From NCBI GenBank assembly GCA_963753435.1, contig CAVWCF010000001.1:288001-352000 (forward strand): a DNA stretch of 64,000 bases. The letters are read 5' to 3'. The notes beneath the pieces were generated by a model that searched no databases, was not told where the DNA came from, and saw nothing but the letters and a program-made list of their open reading frames with translations. This DNA is from an uncultured Actinomycetota bacterium (GTDB lineage Bacteria; Actinomycetota; Actinomycetes; CAVWCF01). Of this stretch, positions 8,512 to 18,248 are shown piece by piece (within the stretch, counting starts at the first letter, position 1; every line of letters begins with the position of its first letter). The position numbers and the translations under genes were made by a program.

Positions 8512-10928
8512 GCGATCACCAGACGGCGACGCAGGCAGCAGCGCCGGACACGTCCCGGTCACTGGAGCCAATCGTTACCTACGAACGTTCGCCGGTCGAT
8601 GTCCTTCGCGTCATCGCATTGGTCGTGGTCCTGGGGTTGGGCATCCTTCTCGATCTGGCTGCGACCGGCACTATCGCGGGCATCGAGTTGGACCTGGTTC
8701 GGCTGTTCGAACGCTTGCCGATCGGGGTCGAGATCGCGTTCGTCGTCCTCGTCCAACTGGTCGCATTCATCGTTCAACTGGTCCTCGTCGGGTGGCAGGT
8801 GTGGCGACGGCAGTGGCGCACGCTGGCAACGGTGGTGTTGGCAGTTGCTCTGTCCAGCGGCATCTACTCGCTGGTGGATGAACAACTGAACCGGCCCGCA
8901 CCCCCAGGACTTGCCGAGGTGGACCTACCCGGTCCGGTGCTTGAGGGGGAAACCTGGCCAAGTGGGGCCGGCCTAGCCGGCTGGGCTGCTTTCATCGTGG
9001 TGCTCGACTCCAAGTTGACGCGCAAGTGGCGACGGGCGCAGTGGGTCCTGCTCGCAGCGATGGCGCTCCTGCGCGTCGTCACGGCCACCTCGTTTCCTCT
9101 GGACATCGTCGTTTCCCTGGCGATCGGTGGCCTGGCCGGTACTGGAGCACTGCTCTTGGCGGGCCGACCGAGCCGACGGCCGTCGGACGGGGCGGTCGCC
9201 GAAGCCCTGGATCGGCTACGCCTCGATATCGTCGAGGTGAAACCGGCCGCTGTTGATGCCCGCGGCTCCAAGCCCTACTTCGCGCGTCGCAGCGACGACA
9301 GCCGAGTGTTTGCGAAGGTGCTGGGAACTCAGGAGCGGTACGCGGACATCCTGTTCCGCACCTACCGGCGCATCCGGTACCCCGGACTCGCAGACGAACG
9401 CGCCTTCTCGTCGCTGCGGCGGGCGGTTGAGCACGAAGCGATGCTGTCGTTGATGGCTCGTGACGTCGACATTCGTACTCCCCGCTTCCTGGGGCTGGCC
9501 GGATTCACCGGGATGGACGCCCTGGTCCTGACGTATGAGGGGATCAACGGCAAGTCGCTGGATTCGATCCCGGTCGAGCGCCTGAATGAGTCGGTCCTGA
9601 CTGAGACCTGGACGTTGGTGCAGCGGCTGCATGCGCATGGAATCGCGCACCGGGACCTGCGGCTTGCCAACGTGTTCCTGGACGACGACGAACAGGTCTG
9701 GTTGATCGACTTCGGCTTCGGCGAGGCCGCTGCGGAGGACGACCTCATCGCCCAGGACGTGGCTGAACTTCTAGCCGCAACGGCGTGCGCCGTGGGCACC
9801 GAACGTGCAGTAGCTGCGGCGCATCAGGTGTTGAGCGATGCGGAGCTGGCCGCGGCCATGCCCCGATTGCAGAAGGCAACCCTGTCCACCGCCACCCGCA
9901 CCGCCGCGAAGGAGCTGGACGGTGGTGTCGACGGCATTCGGCACGAGGTGAGCCGCGTGTCCGGCCAGGACGAGCCCGAGTTGGCCACCGTCGACCGGAT
10001 CAGCCCACGAACGATCGTCACGCTTGCCGTGATCGGCCTGGCCGTGTACTTCCTCATCCCGCAACTGACGGACTTGCCCGGCCTCATCAGGTCATTGCGC
10101 GACGTCAACTGGTTCTGGGTCGGGCCGGTGATTGGGGCCTCGCTGTTGACATACGCCGGAGCGGCCTTGGGCCTGGCCAGCTGCGTGTTGCCACGGGTGC
10201 CCTACCTGCCGGCTCTGGGCGTCTCTCTGGCCGGGTCCTTCGTGAACCGACTGGCGCCGGTCAAAGTGGCCGGCGCCGCACTGAACATCCGCTTCCTGCA
10301 GAAGCGTGGGGTCACGCCACTCACAGCCGTCGCCGGAGCGGGCGTGATCGCCGCAGTCGGCCTTGTAGCGCACTTGTCGATCACGCTGTTCACGCTGCTG
10401 GCGGCAGGTCGGGGCGCCGACGATCTGCCGTTCAGCCTGCCCAGCGGCTCGGCAGTTCTTCTCGGGGTGACCGCCGTCCTCGTCGTGATCGGCGTGGCCA
10501 TTGGGATCCCCCGCACTCGCACACTGCTCGGGCAGTACGTGCTGCCCGCGCTGAAGTCGACCGGCACGTCTCTGCGTGATCTGGCCAGCCGGCCCACCAA
10601 GGTGCTGGGCCTAGTGATCGGCGGGGCGCTGATTCCGATCTCGTATTCGCTGTGCCTGTACTGGTCGGTTGAGGCCTTCGGCGGCGGGATCTCGTTGGTT
10701 ACCGTCGCGGTGGTATTCCTCACCCTTGGCACGATCGCTTCGGCCGCCCCCACGCCGGGCGGCGTGGGTGCAGTGGAAGCCGCGCTGATCGGCGGTCTCA
10801 CCGCGGCCGGACTACCGGCCGAGCAGGCGCTCCCCGCGGTGTTCTTGTACCGCCTTGCCACCTTCTGGGTTCCGGTGCTTCCAGGCTGGGGCGCCTTCTC
10901 CCTGCTACAGCGGCGCGAGTTCGTCTAG
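8508..10928 (+). CDS. Fusion: degenerate PAP2-like TM domain + protein-kinase-like domain + lysylphosphatidylglycerol-synthase TM (flippase-like) domain
   Basis: WPSGAG/LRVVTATSFPLD; FAKV, HRDLRLAN, IDFG; C-terminal PTPGGVGAVE and LYRLATFWVP. Confidence 0.85.
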   Translation: MSDHQTATQAAAPDTSRSLEPIVTYERSPVDVLRVIALVVVLGLGILLDLAATGTIAGIELDLVRLFERLPIGVEIAFVVLVQLVAFIVQLVLVGWQVWRRQWRTLATVVLAVALSSGIYSLVDEQLNRPAPPGLAEVDLPGPVLEGETWPSGAGLAGWAAFIVVLDSKLTRKWRRAQWVLLAAMALLRVVTATSFPLDIVVSLAIGGLAGTGALLLAGRPSRRPSDGAVAEALDRLRLDIVEVKPAAVDARGSKPYFARRSDDSRVFAKVLGTQERYADILFRTYRRIRYPGLADERAFSSLRRAVEHEAMLSLMARDVDIRTPRFLGLAGFTGMDALVLTYEGINGKSLDSIPVERLNESVLTETWTLVQRLHAHGIAHRDLRLANVFLDDDEQVWLIDFGFGEAAAEDDLIAQDVAELLAATACAVGTERAVAAAHQVLSDAELAAAMPRLQKATLSTATRTAAKELDGGVDGIRHEVSRVSGQDEPELATVDRISPRTIVTLAVIGLAVYFLIPQLTDLPGLIRSLRDVNWFWVGPVIGASLLTYAGAALGLASCVLPRVPYLPALGVSLAGSFVNRLAPVKVAGAALNIRFLQKRGVTPLTAVAGAGVIAAVGLVAHLSITLFTLLAAGRGADDLPFSLPSGSAVLLGVTAVLVVIGVAIGIPRTRTLLGQYVLPALKSTGTSLRDLASRPTKVLGLVIGGALIPISYSLCLYWSVEAFGGGISLVTVAVVFLTLGTIASAAPTPGGVGAVEAALIGGLTAAGLPAEQALPAVFLYRLATFWVPVLPGWGAFSLLQRREFV

Positions 10929-10947
10929 TCGGACCTGTTCAGACATG

Positions 10948-10981
10948 CGGAAGGGGGCCGGTGGAAACCGGCCCCCTTCCG
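10948..10981. terminator. Bidirectional intrinsic terminator hairpin
   Basis: Perfect 15-bp stem CGGAAGGGGGCCGGT-ggaa-ACCGGCCCCCTTCCG between convergent genes. Confidence 0.85.
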
Positions 10982-10990
10982 ACGCCTAGT

Positions 10991-11422
10991 TCAGTCGCGC
11001 TTGGAAAACCACCGCGCTGCTTCTTCCTCAAAGAAGAGCAGGTAGAGGATCAGGAAGGCGACCAGGCCGGTGAAGAGAGCGCTCCACCAGTAGCTCCAGG
11101 CGCCCCAGAGCAGGATCAGGCCCAAGCCAGCGCTGATGAGGCGCATCATCGCCACGATGCCGATGATGATGCGGGCGACGTTGCTGCCGCGCAGCAATCC
11201 CCAAGCGAGAAGCAGGGTGATGATGCCCAGCGCCAGGGTTACGACGCCGATCGTCTGCAGTTCCCCGGTCGTGTGGCCCGTGCGGACCAGGCTCTCCAAC
11301 ACGTTGTCGGCGTTAACCAGGAATACGAGCCCGAAGATGACCTCGAGCGCACCGGAGATGATCGCCAGGACGGCTACCAGCGTGACACCGGTAGGTCTAG
11401 TTCCGGTCGTGGCTGTACTCAT
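10991..11422 (-). CDS. Small 4-TM membrane protein
   Basis: AAGGAGG RBS; RPTGVTLVAVL start and four hydrophobic segments. Confidence 0.8.
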   Translation of the reverse strand: MSTATTGTRPTGVTLVAVLAIISGALEVIFGLVFLVNADNVLESLVRTGHTTGELQTIGVVTLALGIITLLLAWGLLRGSNVARIIIGIVAMMRLISAGLGLILLWGAWSYWWSALFTGLVAFLILYLLFFEEEAARWFSKRD

Positions 11423-11502
11423 TCGATCCTCCTTGTAGGTCGAGCGCCATGATCATGACGGCGGCGGCAACGCGGTTTCGCGGGGGCGCGCTGCCAAGAT
11501 CA

Positions 11503-12309
11503 TCACGATTCGGTCACACCAGACAGGTGCGCGCATGCAATCGCGGCTGCGGCCGCCACGTTGAGGGAATCGACCCCCGAACGCATGGGAATCCTTACGG
11601 CCTGGGTGGCCCGCGCCACGGTTGCCGCGCGCAGGCCCGGTCCCTCGGCGCCGAGCAGCAAGGTGCAGCGGCCCCCCGCCGGGATCGCGACGTCGGCCAT
11701 TACGCCCGGCCCCCGGGGGGTCAGGGCGACTAGTTCGTGCCCGGCATCGCGCAGGACCTCCAGGTCATCAGGCCAGCGCGTGGCCCGCGCGTGGGGCAGG
11801 CCCAGGACCGCCCCCATGCTGACCTTCACGGAACGGCGGTACAGCGGATCCCCACACCGGGGGTCGAGCACGAGGCCGTCGAACCCCAGCGCGAGCGCTG
11901 AGCGAGCGATCGCACCGACGTTCGTCGGATCAACCAGGCCCTCTAGCGCCACCAGCCGGCGGGCCGTTCTGGCCAACGTGGGCAGATCCGGTTGGGGCGG
12001 CCGTTCGAACGCAGCCAGGGCGCCCCGGTGAACCCGGAAACCGGTGATCCGTTCGATCCCGGAGTCGGCGATCAATAGGACGTCAGCCGAAGTCGGGAGG
12101 AGGTCAGCCACGGTCGGCAGCCAGCGGGGCGACGTCAGCACCGTTCGCAGCCGGTGCCCCTGCGCCAACGCCCGCTCTATCACCGCGGCGCCTTCGGCTA
12201 TGTACAAGCCATTGGCGGCTTCCTGACTGCGCCGCCAGGCCACGTCTGTTAGCCCGGTGAACGCCAGAACGGCCGGATCGTCCAAATCTGCCTCTCGTAC
12301 CGGGCTCAT
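11503..12309 (-). CDS. TrmH/SpoU-family RNA methyltransferase
   Basis: DPTNVGAIARS, RRSVKVSMG, LGAEGPGL, IPMRSGVDSLNVA SPOUT motifs. Confidence 0.9.
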   Translation of the reverse strand: MSPVREADLDDPAVLAFTGLTDVAWRRSQEAANGLYIAEGAAVIERALAQGHRLRTVLTSPRWLPTVADLLPTSADVLLIADSGIERITGFRVHRGALAAFERPPQPDLPTLARTARRLVALEGLVDPTNVGAIARSALALGFDGLVLDPRCGDPLYRRSVKVSMGAVLGLPHARATRWPDDLEVLRDAGHELVALTPRGPGVMADVAIPAGGRCTLLLGAEGPGLRAATVARATQAVRIPMRSGVDSLNVAAAAAIACAHLSGVTES

Positions 12310-12356
12310 CACCCGAACGCTAGTTCCCCCTCAACCGGCGCCCGCGGACTGCCGAA

Positions 12357-13505
12357 ATGCCGGATATGCCAGCCGGTGCGTCCGCCCCGGTGCGTAAGCG
12401 GCTGCTTCGGCGCCCGCGGGCGCACCGATTCGTGGCGTGCCTGACGGTCGTGGCAGTGGCAGCACCCGTGGTTATCGCCGCCCCCGCGTGGGCCGACAGT
12501 GCTGAAGAGGCTCGCAAGGCGGCAGCAGCAGCGGCTGCGCAGGTCGACAAACTGCGACCGGAGATTGACGCCGCGCAGTCGGAGTACGCGGCGGCTGTCG
12601 CATCCGTTGGAACAGTGGTGACCCGAACGGTCGCCGCGGATCGCACCGCGGATGATCTGGAGTTGCGCCGCCGAGACCAGGAAACGCAGCAACGGCAGCG
12701 CATCCGCACCGTCTACATGGCCGGTGGCATGGCGGGGGTCTGGGGCACCGTCCTGGCCGCGACGGATGCGCAGGACGCCCTCAACCGCGTTGATGCCGCC
12801 CGGCGGGTCATGTCCGCCGACGTAAGCACCAGCGTTGAGTTCGCTGACGCGGCCAAGCAGGCCCGTGCCGAAGCACAAGCCTCGGATGCACTGGCTGAAT
12901 CTGTCGTGCAGCGGGCCGACGACGTGGAGCAGGCGTTCGCGGAACTCCTTCAGGTGCTAAGCGCGGCTGAGGCCGAACTAGCCGCCCTTGACGCCACCGC
13001 GCGCCGCCTAGAGGCGGCAGAGGCTGCGGCTAAGGCCCTCGAGGAGGCCCGGGCCCAAGCACAGGCGGCGGCGCTGGCACGTGCCCGGCAGGCAAGCGCC
13101 GGCCAGGTTCCAGCGGACTACTTCTCTTTGTACCGGGCCGCGGCCGCGACCTGCACCGGGTTGCCCTGGACTGTTGTCGCGGCCATCGGCCAGGTGGAGA
13201 CCGGTCATGGCAGCAACGTCGCCGTCTCCTCGGCGGGGGCTCAGGGACCGATGCAGTTCATGCCCCGCACGTTCGCCGCCTACGGCGTCGACGGTGACGG
13301 CGACGGCGACATCGACATCTGGGACCCGGCAGACTCGGTCTTCAGCGCGGCCAACTACCTGTGCGCCAACGGCGCCGGAACGCCGAGGAAGCTTCGGGGG
13401 GCGATTTGGCGGTACAACCACGCCGACTGGTACGTCGAGATGGTGCTACGAATCGCCGGCCAACTGGCTCAGCGTGCCGGCGAAGCCCCGCCGTTGGCGC
13501 CCTGA
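12357..13505 (+). CDS. Secreted lytic transglycosylase with N-terminal coiled coil
   Basis: Signal peptide (PAWA), Ala-rich coiled coil, AIGQVET, GAQGPMQFMP, DGDGDG Ca-loop, YNH. Confidence 0.85.
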   Translation: MPDMPAGASAPVRKRLLRRPRAHRFVACLTVVAVAAPVVIAAPAWADSAEEARKAAAAAAAQVDKLRPEIDAAQSEYAAAVASVGTVVTRTVAADRTADDLELRRRDQETQQRQRIRTVYMAGGMAGVWGTVLAATDAQDALNRVDAARRVMSADVSTSVEFADAAKQARAEAQASDALAESVVQRADDVEQAFAELLQVLSAAEAELAALDATARRLEAAEAAAKALEEARAQAQAAALARARQASAGQVPADYFSLYRAAAATCTGLPWTVVAAIGQVETGHGSNVAVSSAGAQGPMQFMPRTFAAYGVDGDGDGDIDIWDPADSVFSAANYLCANGAGTPRKLRGAIWRYNHADWYVEMVLRIAGQLAQRAGEAPPLAP

Positions 13506-14407
13506 CCGTTGAAGGCTGATCCGATTCCCTCCAGCGCCCGGGCCAGTTCCACCGGCACCACCCACACCTTGTTCGCATCGCCCTGGGCGATCTGCGGCAG
13601 CGCTTGCAGATACTGATAGGCCAGCAATCCGGCATCGGGATTGTTGGCGTGAATGGCGCTGAACACCTGCTCGATGGCCCGAGCCTCACCTTCGGCTCGA
13701 ACGATTGCCGCCTTGGCGTCGCCTTCAGCCCGAAGAACGGCCGCCTGCGCCTCACCCTCGGCCCGCAGGATGGCTCCGTTGCGCGCACCCTCGGCGGTGA
13801 GGATCTCCCCCTGCTTGGCTCCTTCGGCAGTGAGAACGGTTGCGCGCTTGTCCCGTTCCGCGCGCATCTGCTTCTCCATCGCCTCCTGCACGCTGGCCGG
13901 CGGGTCGATGGCCTTCAGCTCGACGCGGTTGACGCGAATCCCCCACTTGCCGGTGGCCTCGTCCAGAACGCCCCGCAACTGGCCGTTGATCTGGTCGCGG
14001 CTGGTGAGCGTGATCTCCAGGTCCATGCCACCGATGACGTTTCGCAGTGTCGTAACGGTCAGCTGCTCGATACCGGCGATGTAGTCGGTGATCTCATACG
14101 TGGCCGCCTTGGGGTCGGTTACTTGGTAGTACACGACCGTGTCGATCTCAACGACCAGGTTGTCCTCGGTGATGACCGGCTGCGGTGGGAAGGACACCAC
14201 CTGCTCGCGCAGGTCCACCAATGGCCGCAAGCGGTCCACGAACGGGATGAGGAGCGACAGCCCGGCATCCAACGTCCGCTGATAGCGACCGAGCCGTTCG
14301 ACCAGGCCGGCGTGCGCCTGGGGCACGATGCGGACGGTGCGGCTGAGGACGATCAGCACGATCACCAGAACGATCAATGCGGCGATCAAGGCGGAAACGG
14401 CTTCCAC
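13469..14407 (-). CDS. SPFH/stomatin-like protein
   Basis: N-terminal TM, VERLGRY, VDLREQV, TTLRNVIG, MEKQMRAER. Confidence 0.95.
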   Translation of the reverse strand: MEAVSALIAALIVLVIVLIVLSRTVRIVPQAHAGLVERLGRYQRTLDAGLSLLIPFVDRLRPLVDLREQVVSFPPQPVITEDNLVVEIDTVVYYQVTDPKAATYEITDYIAGIEQLTVTTLRNVIGGMDLEITLTSRDQINGQLRGVLDEATGKWGIRVNRVELKAIDPPASVQEAMEKQMRAERDKRATVLTAEGAKQGEILTAEGARNGAILRAEGEAQAAVLRAEGDAKAAIVRAEGEARAIEQVFSAIHANNPDAGLLAYQYLQALPQIAQGDANKVWVVPVELARALEGIGSAFNGQGANGGASPAR

Positions 14408-14434
14408 GGGTTCTCCTCAGTGCTGGTCGAAGGC

Positions 14435-14878
14435 TCAGGGCAGGTCGATGTCGGCTTGCAGAACCACAGCGGTGGCGCCGTCGATACGGACCACGTCGAC
14501 GGTCCGGCCCACCTCGATGCGCTGGCCAGGCTCGTAGGCGGTTGCGGACCAAATCTCGCCGGCCAACTTGATGCGCCCGGTGTCGCGATCCACGGGCTCC
14601 ACAACGACGCCCTGGCGGCCGACGAGGGCGGCCACGCCGGTGCGGGTCTGTGGGGTTTGGCGGAGGTGGCGCAGCGCGACTGGCCGGACCGCGGCCAGCA
14701 TGAGCACGGCGACTCCGCTGCCTATCAACACTTGGGCCAGCAGCGGGCCCCCGAGCAGCGCGGTCACCCCGGCAGCCAGCGCCCCGGCCGCGAGCATGGC
14801 GAAGATGAGGTCCAGGGTGAGGATCTCCACCCCGACCAGCACTAGCGCGCCGAGCAGCCACCAGCCCCAATCAGGCAT
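14435..14878 (-). CDS. NfeD-family protein
   Basis: TM N-terminus plus OB-fold GRIKLAGEIWSA; canonical partner upstream of SPFH. Confidence 0.9.
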   Translation of the reverse strand: MPDWGWWLLGALVLVGVEILTLDLIFAMLAAGALAAGVTALLGGPLLAQVLIGSGVAVLMLAAVRPVALRHLRQTPQTRTGVAALVGRQGVVVEPVDRDTGRIKLAGEIWSATAYEPGQRIEVGRTVDVVRIDGATAVVLQADIDLP

Positions 14879-14913
14879 GCACCGACCTTAACCGCAATCA
14901 GCTGGCGCGGCCT

Positions 14914-15741
14914 TCAGCCGTTCGCCGGCCTGGGCGCGGCACGGGCGGTGAAGCGGCCGGCCCAATGGGTGACCGCCAGGGGTATGCCGAACGTTGCCGA
15001 CAGGTTTTCCGCGGTCACCACCTGCTGCAGCGGTCCCGCCGCGACGATGCGGCCGCGGCCCAGCAGCATTGCGTGTGTGAAGCCGTCCGGGATCTCCTCC
15101 ACATGGTGAGTGACCAGAACCATCACCGGGGCATCGGGTTGGCGTGCCAACGCTGTGAGTCTGGCGACCAGGTCTTCGCGAGCGCCCAGGTCGAGACCTG
15201 CGGCTGGTTCATCCAGCAGCAGCAGTTCTGGGTCCGGCATCAGGGCCCGGGCGATCTGCACCCGCTTTCGTTCGCCTTCGGACAGGGTGCCGAAGGTTCG
15301 GTGCGCGAGGTGCTCGACCCCGAGCTGTCGGAGCAGTTGCGCCGCCCGCTGGTCATCGCTGCCGTCGTAGCGCTCCCGCCACCGGCCCATGACCGCGTAG
15401 GCCGCGGTCCGAACCACGTCGAGAACGGTTTCGGTGCTCGGCATGCGTTCGGCCAGTGCCGCCGAAGCAAGGCCGATCCGCGGTCGGAGGTCGAACACGT
15501 CCACGTCCCCGAGGGCCTCCCCCAGGATCACCGCATCCCCGGACGTGGGAAACAGTGTCGCCGCGAGGATCTGCAGCAAAGTGGTCTTGCCGGCGCCGTT
15601 CGGTCCCAGCACCACCCAGCGGTCCGCGGGCCCGACCTCCCAGTTGATCGAGTCGAGCAGGGTCGAGTTGCCACGCACGACGCAGACGTCGCGCAGATAC
15701 GCGGCGGCGTCGTCGCTGGGGTGCCTGAGGTACTCGGTCAC
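14914..15741 (-). CDS. ABC ATP-binding protein
   Basis: GPNGAGKT, LSEGE, LLLDEP, VTHH. Confidence 0.9.
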   Translation of the reverse strand: MTEYLRHPSDDAAAYLRDVCVVRGNSTLLDSINWEVGPADRWVVLGPNGAGKTTLLQILAATLFPTSGDAVILGEALGDVDVFDLRPRIGLASAALAERMPSTETVLDVVRTAAYAVMGRWRERYDGSDDQRAAQLLRQLGVEHLAHRTFGTLSEGERKRVQIARALMPDPELLLLDEPAAGLDLGAREDLVARLTALARQPDAPVMVLVTHHVEEIPDGFTHAMLLGRGRIVAAGPLQQVVTAENLSATFGIPLAVTHWAGRFTARAAPRPANG

Positions 15742-15779
15742 TGTCCCAACGTATTCGGCGGCGGCCTACGGTGCGGCAC

Positions 15780-16490
15780 ATGCGTTCGGTCCCGCTGTTG
15801 ATGACGGTGTGGAGCAACGCGGTTGTCTGTGCTGCGGAACCGGTAACCCAAGTGCACCGGTTGCTGCCGTTGACCGGGATCGACGTGCCGGCCATCCGCG
15901 ACGGTGAGGCAGCGAAGTTGGCTGACCTGTGGCGGTCCTGGTCCGAGCTCGAGGTCACCCAGATTCGGCTCCTGCAGCCGCGGCCCGGTCGGCCGATCTC
16001 GTTGCAGCCGACCGAAGTGGCGCGTGCGGGGATGCGGGTCGGCTCGGTTCTGGCCGCGATCGGATCCGGGCAAGCGCTACTGCCCCGCTTCGTCCGCGGT
16101 CAACTGGTCGCATGGGACGTCGCCGCGGTCAACGACCTGGATGCCCTTGCCCAGACGGCCATACGCGAGGCCGAACGGGACTTCGCTGTGGTCCTGCGCG
16201 AGGAGACGGAGTGGCTCGATGCCCAGGTGCAGCCCGCTGGGGACGCTGAGTTGGCCGCCCTGCGGGAGGAGTTGGCAACGCCGGCGCCGCCGGTGCCAAC
16301 CACGCTGCCCGACGCGAACCGAAAGCTCCTCAGCAGATGCGATCAGGTCCTGGTCATCCTGCGCGGGGCCAGGGCGGCGCCGGAACCCGTCTCCGCCGCA
16401 GCCAGAACCGCCCGGTTGGCTGCTCTGGCCCGGCTCGAAGCGGCGACGCTGACCCTTCAGGAGGCCGCTGCCTCCGGCTGGGTAGCGTGA
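15780..16490 (+). CDS. Hypothetical protein upstream of serB
   Basis: Open frame with helical C-terminus (IREAERDF); TACGGT 7 nt before ATG 15780. Confidence 0.65.
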   Translation: MRSVPLLMTVWSNAVVCAAEPVTQVHRLLPLTGIDVPAIRDGEAAKLADLWRSWSELEVTQIRLLQPRPGRPISLQPTEVARAGMRVGSVLAAIGSGQALLPRFVRGQLVAWDVAAVNDLDALAQTAIREAERDFAVVLREETEWLDAQVQPAGDAELAALREELATPAPPVPTTLPDANRKLLSRCDQVLVILRGARAAPEPVSAAARTARLAALARLEAATLTLQEAAASGWVA

Positions 16491-16497
16491 CCGCCCG

Positions 16498-17718
16498 ATG
16501 CCTCACCACCAGTCCCTGCTGCTGACGCTCGTCGGTGCCGACCGCCCGGGTTTGACCGGTGCGTTGTTTTCGGCTGTCGGCGACTGCGACGTGGCCGTTC
16601 ACGACGTCGAGCAGGTGGTCATTCGAGGCCGACTCGTCCTTGGGGTGCTGCTGATCGGCCCGGATTGTGAGGCCGCCGCCGCGCGCATGTCGGCGGCGGC
16701 CGAAGACCTTGGCCTATCGGTGACCAGCGAACCAGGGGCCGCCGCGGAGGATCCGCGCCGCCGCGGTCGGATAGTCGTCACCGTGCTGGGGCGGCCGATG
16801 ACGGCTGGTGCGTTGGCGGCGGTGGCAAGCGGCGTTGCCGAACACGGCGCGAACATCGACCGCATCGTGCGGCTGGCGAGCTACCCCGTGACCGGGATCG
16901 AGTTGGAGATCTCCGGCGCCGACACCGAATCGCTGCGCGCTGATCTGGCCCGCCAGGCGCCTGGCTGGGGTGTCGACATCGCCGTCTCCCCTGGGGGTCT
17001 AGCCCGCCGCGGCGTGCGGTTGGTGGTTATGGACGTGGACTCCACGCTGATCCAGCAGGAAGTCATCGAATTGTTGGCCGCCGAAGCCGGAGCGGACGCC
17101 GAAGCAGCTGTCGCCGAAATCACGGCAGCTGCCATGCGCGGCGAACTGGACTTTGCCGAATCCCTCACGGCCCGGGTGGAACGGCTCGCGGGCCTGCCGG
17201 AGGAGGTGCTGCACCGGGTGCGCCAGCGGGTGGAACTGGCGCCCGGGGCGCGCACGCTCATTCGCACCCTCAAGCGCATGGGCTACCGCGTAGGAATCGT
17301 TTCGGGCGGGTTCAGCCAGATTACCGACGAACTTGCCGCCGATCTGGGCCTTGACTACGCAGCGGCGAACACGCTTGAGGTGCTCGACGGGCAGCTCACC
17401 GGCCGCCTAAGCGGGCCGTTGGTGGACCGCGCGGGCAAAGCCGCGGCGTTGCGGCGTTTCGCCGCAACGGCGGGCATCCCGCTGGATCAGACGGTGGCCA
17501 TCGGGGACGGCGCCAACGATCTGGACATGCTGGCCGCTGCTGGACTGGGCATCGCCTTCAACGCCAAACCCGTGGTGCGCGACGCTGCCGATGCAGCCGT
17601 GTCGGTGCCGTTCCTGGATGCCGTGCTCTACCTACTGGGCATCACCCGGGATGACGTCGAGTCAGCGGACGCCGCCGCCGGTACCCCGACCCCGGCACCC
17701 CCGGTTCAACAGTCCTAG
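16498..17718 (+). CDS. serB: Phosphoserine phosphatase (ACT-ACT-HAD)
   Basis: GADRPG ACT domain, MDVDSTL, VSGGF, GDGAND. Confidence 0.95.
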   Translation: MPHHQSLLLTLVGADRPGLTGALFSAVGDCDVAVHDVEQVVIRGRLVLGVLLIGPDCEAAAARMSAAAEDLGLSVTSEPGAAAEDPRRRGRIVVTVLGRPMTAGALAAVASGVAEHGANIDRIVRLASYPVTGIELEISGADTESLRADLARQAPGWGVDIAVSPGGLARRGVRLVVMDVDSTLIQQEVIELLAAEAGADAEAAVAEITAAAMRGELDFAESLTARVERLAGLPEEVLHRVRQRVELAPGARTLIRTLKRMGYRVGIVSGGFSQITDELAADLGLDYAAANTLEVLDGQLTGRLSGPLVDRAGKAAALRRFAATAGIPLDQTVAIGDGANDLDMLAAAGLGIAFNAKPVVRDAADAAVSVPFLDAVLYLLGITRDDVESADAAAGTPTPAPPVQQS

Positions 17719-17748
17719 TCGGGGCCGGGCCGATCCCGTGCATCGGCC

Positions 17749-18246
17749 TCAGGCGCGAGGCACTGCGAAGTCGATCAGTGATCCACTGCCAGCGCGCAAC
17801 CGCTGCCACTCGGGAACCTGCAGGACTGCAACCGCGGATGTGGGGAACTTCTCCTGAACTGCCGCAGCCAACGGGCCTACGCCCTCGGCCAGGGTCAGCA
17901 CCGCGTCGGCGCATCCAGGGTTGTGCGAGACCAGCAGTTGCACATGGCAATCAGACGGGGCCTCCCCGGCGACCTTGATCAGGTCTTGTGCCGGCGCCGC
18001 GTAGATGCGATCGGAATACTCGACCTCGTAATCGTCCGGCCAGTCGCTGCTCGCTAGTTGCAGGGTTTCGCGGGTTCTGGCTGCTGTCGAGCAGACGATT
18101 CGGTCCGGCAACCCCACCCGGGCGCGGATCCACGCCCCGGCTACTGGGGCGTCCCGGCGGCCACGCGGCGCCAGGGGACGTTGGTGATCGGCCACTCCGG
18201 CCGGCCACGCGGCCTTTGCGTGCCGGAGGATCACCAGGAGCGGCAA
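17749..18246 (-). CDS. SixA-type histidine phosphatase
   Basis: LRHAKA, DHQRPL, STAARTRET, SHNPG, KFPT. Start TTG 18246 or CTG 18252. Confidence 0.85.
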   Translation of the reverse strand: MPLLVILRHAKAAWPAGVADHQRPLAPRGRRDAPVAGAWIRARVGLPDRIVCSTAARTRETLQLASSDWPDDYEVEYSDRIYAAPAQDLIKVAGEAPSDCHVQLLVSHNPGCADAVLTLAEGVGPLAAAVQEKFPTSAVAVLQVPEWQRLRAGSGSLIDFAVPRA

Positions 18247-18248
18247 AG

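Noticed and set aside
11448-11457. Palindrome CATGATCATG upstream of the small membrane protein
   Set aside because: Only 10 bp and single-copy; could simply be a -10 element.
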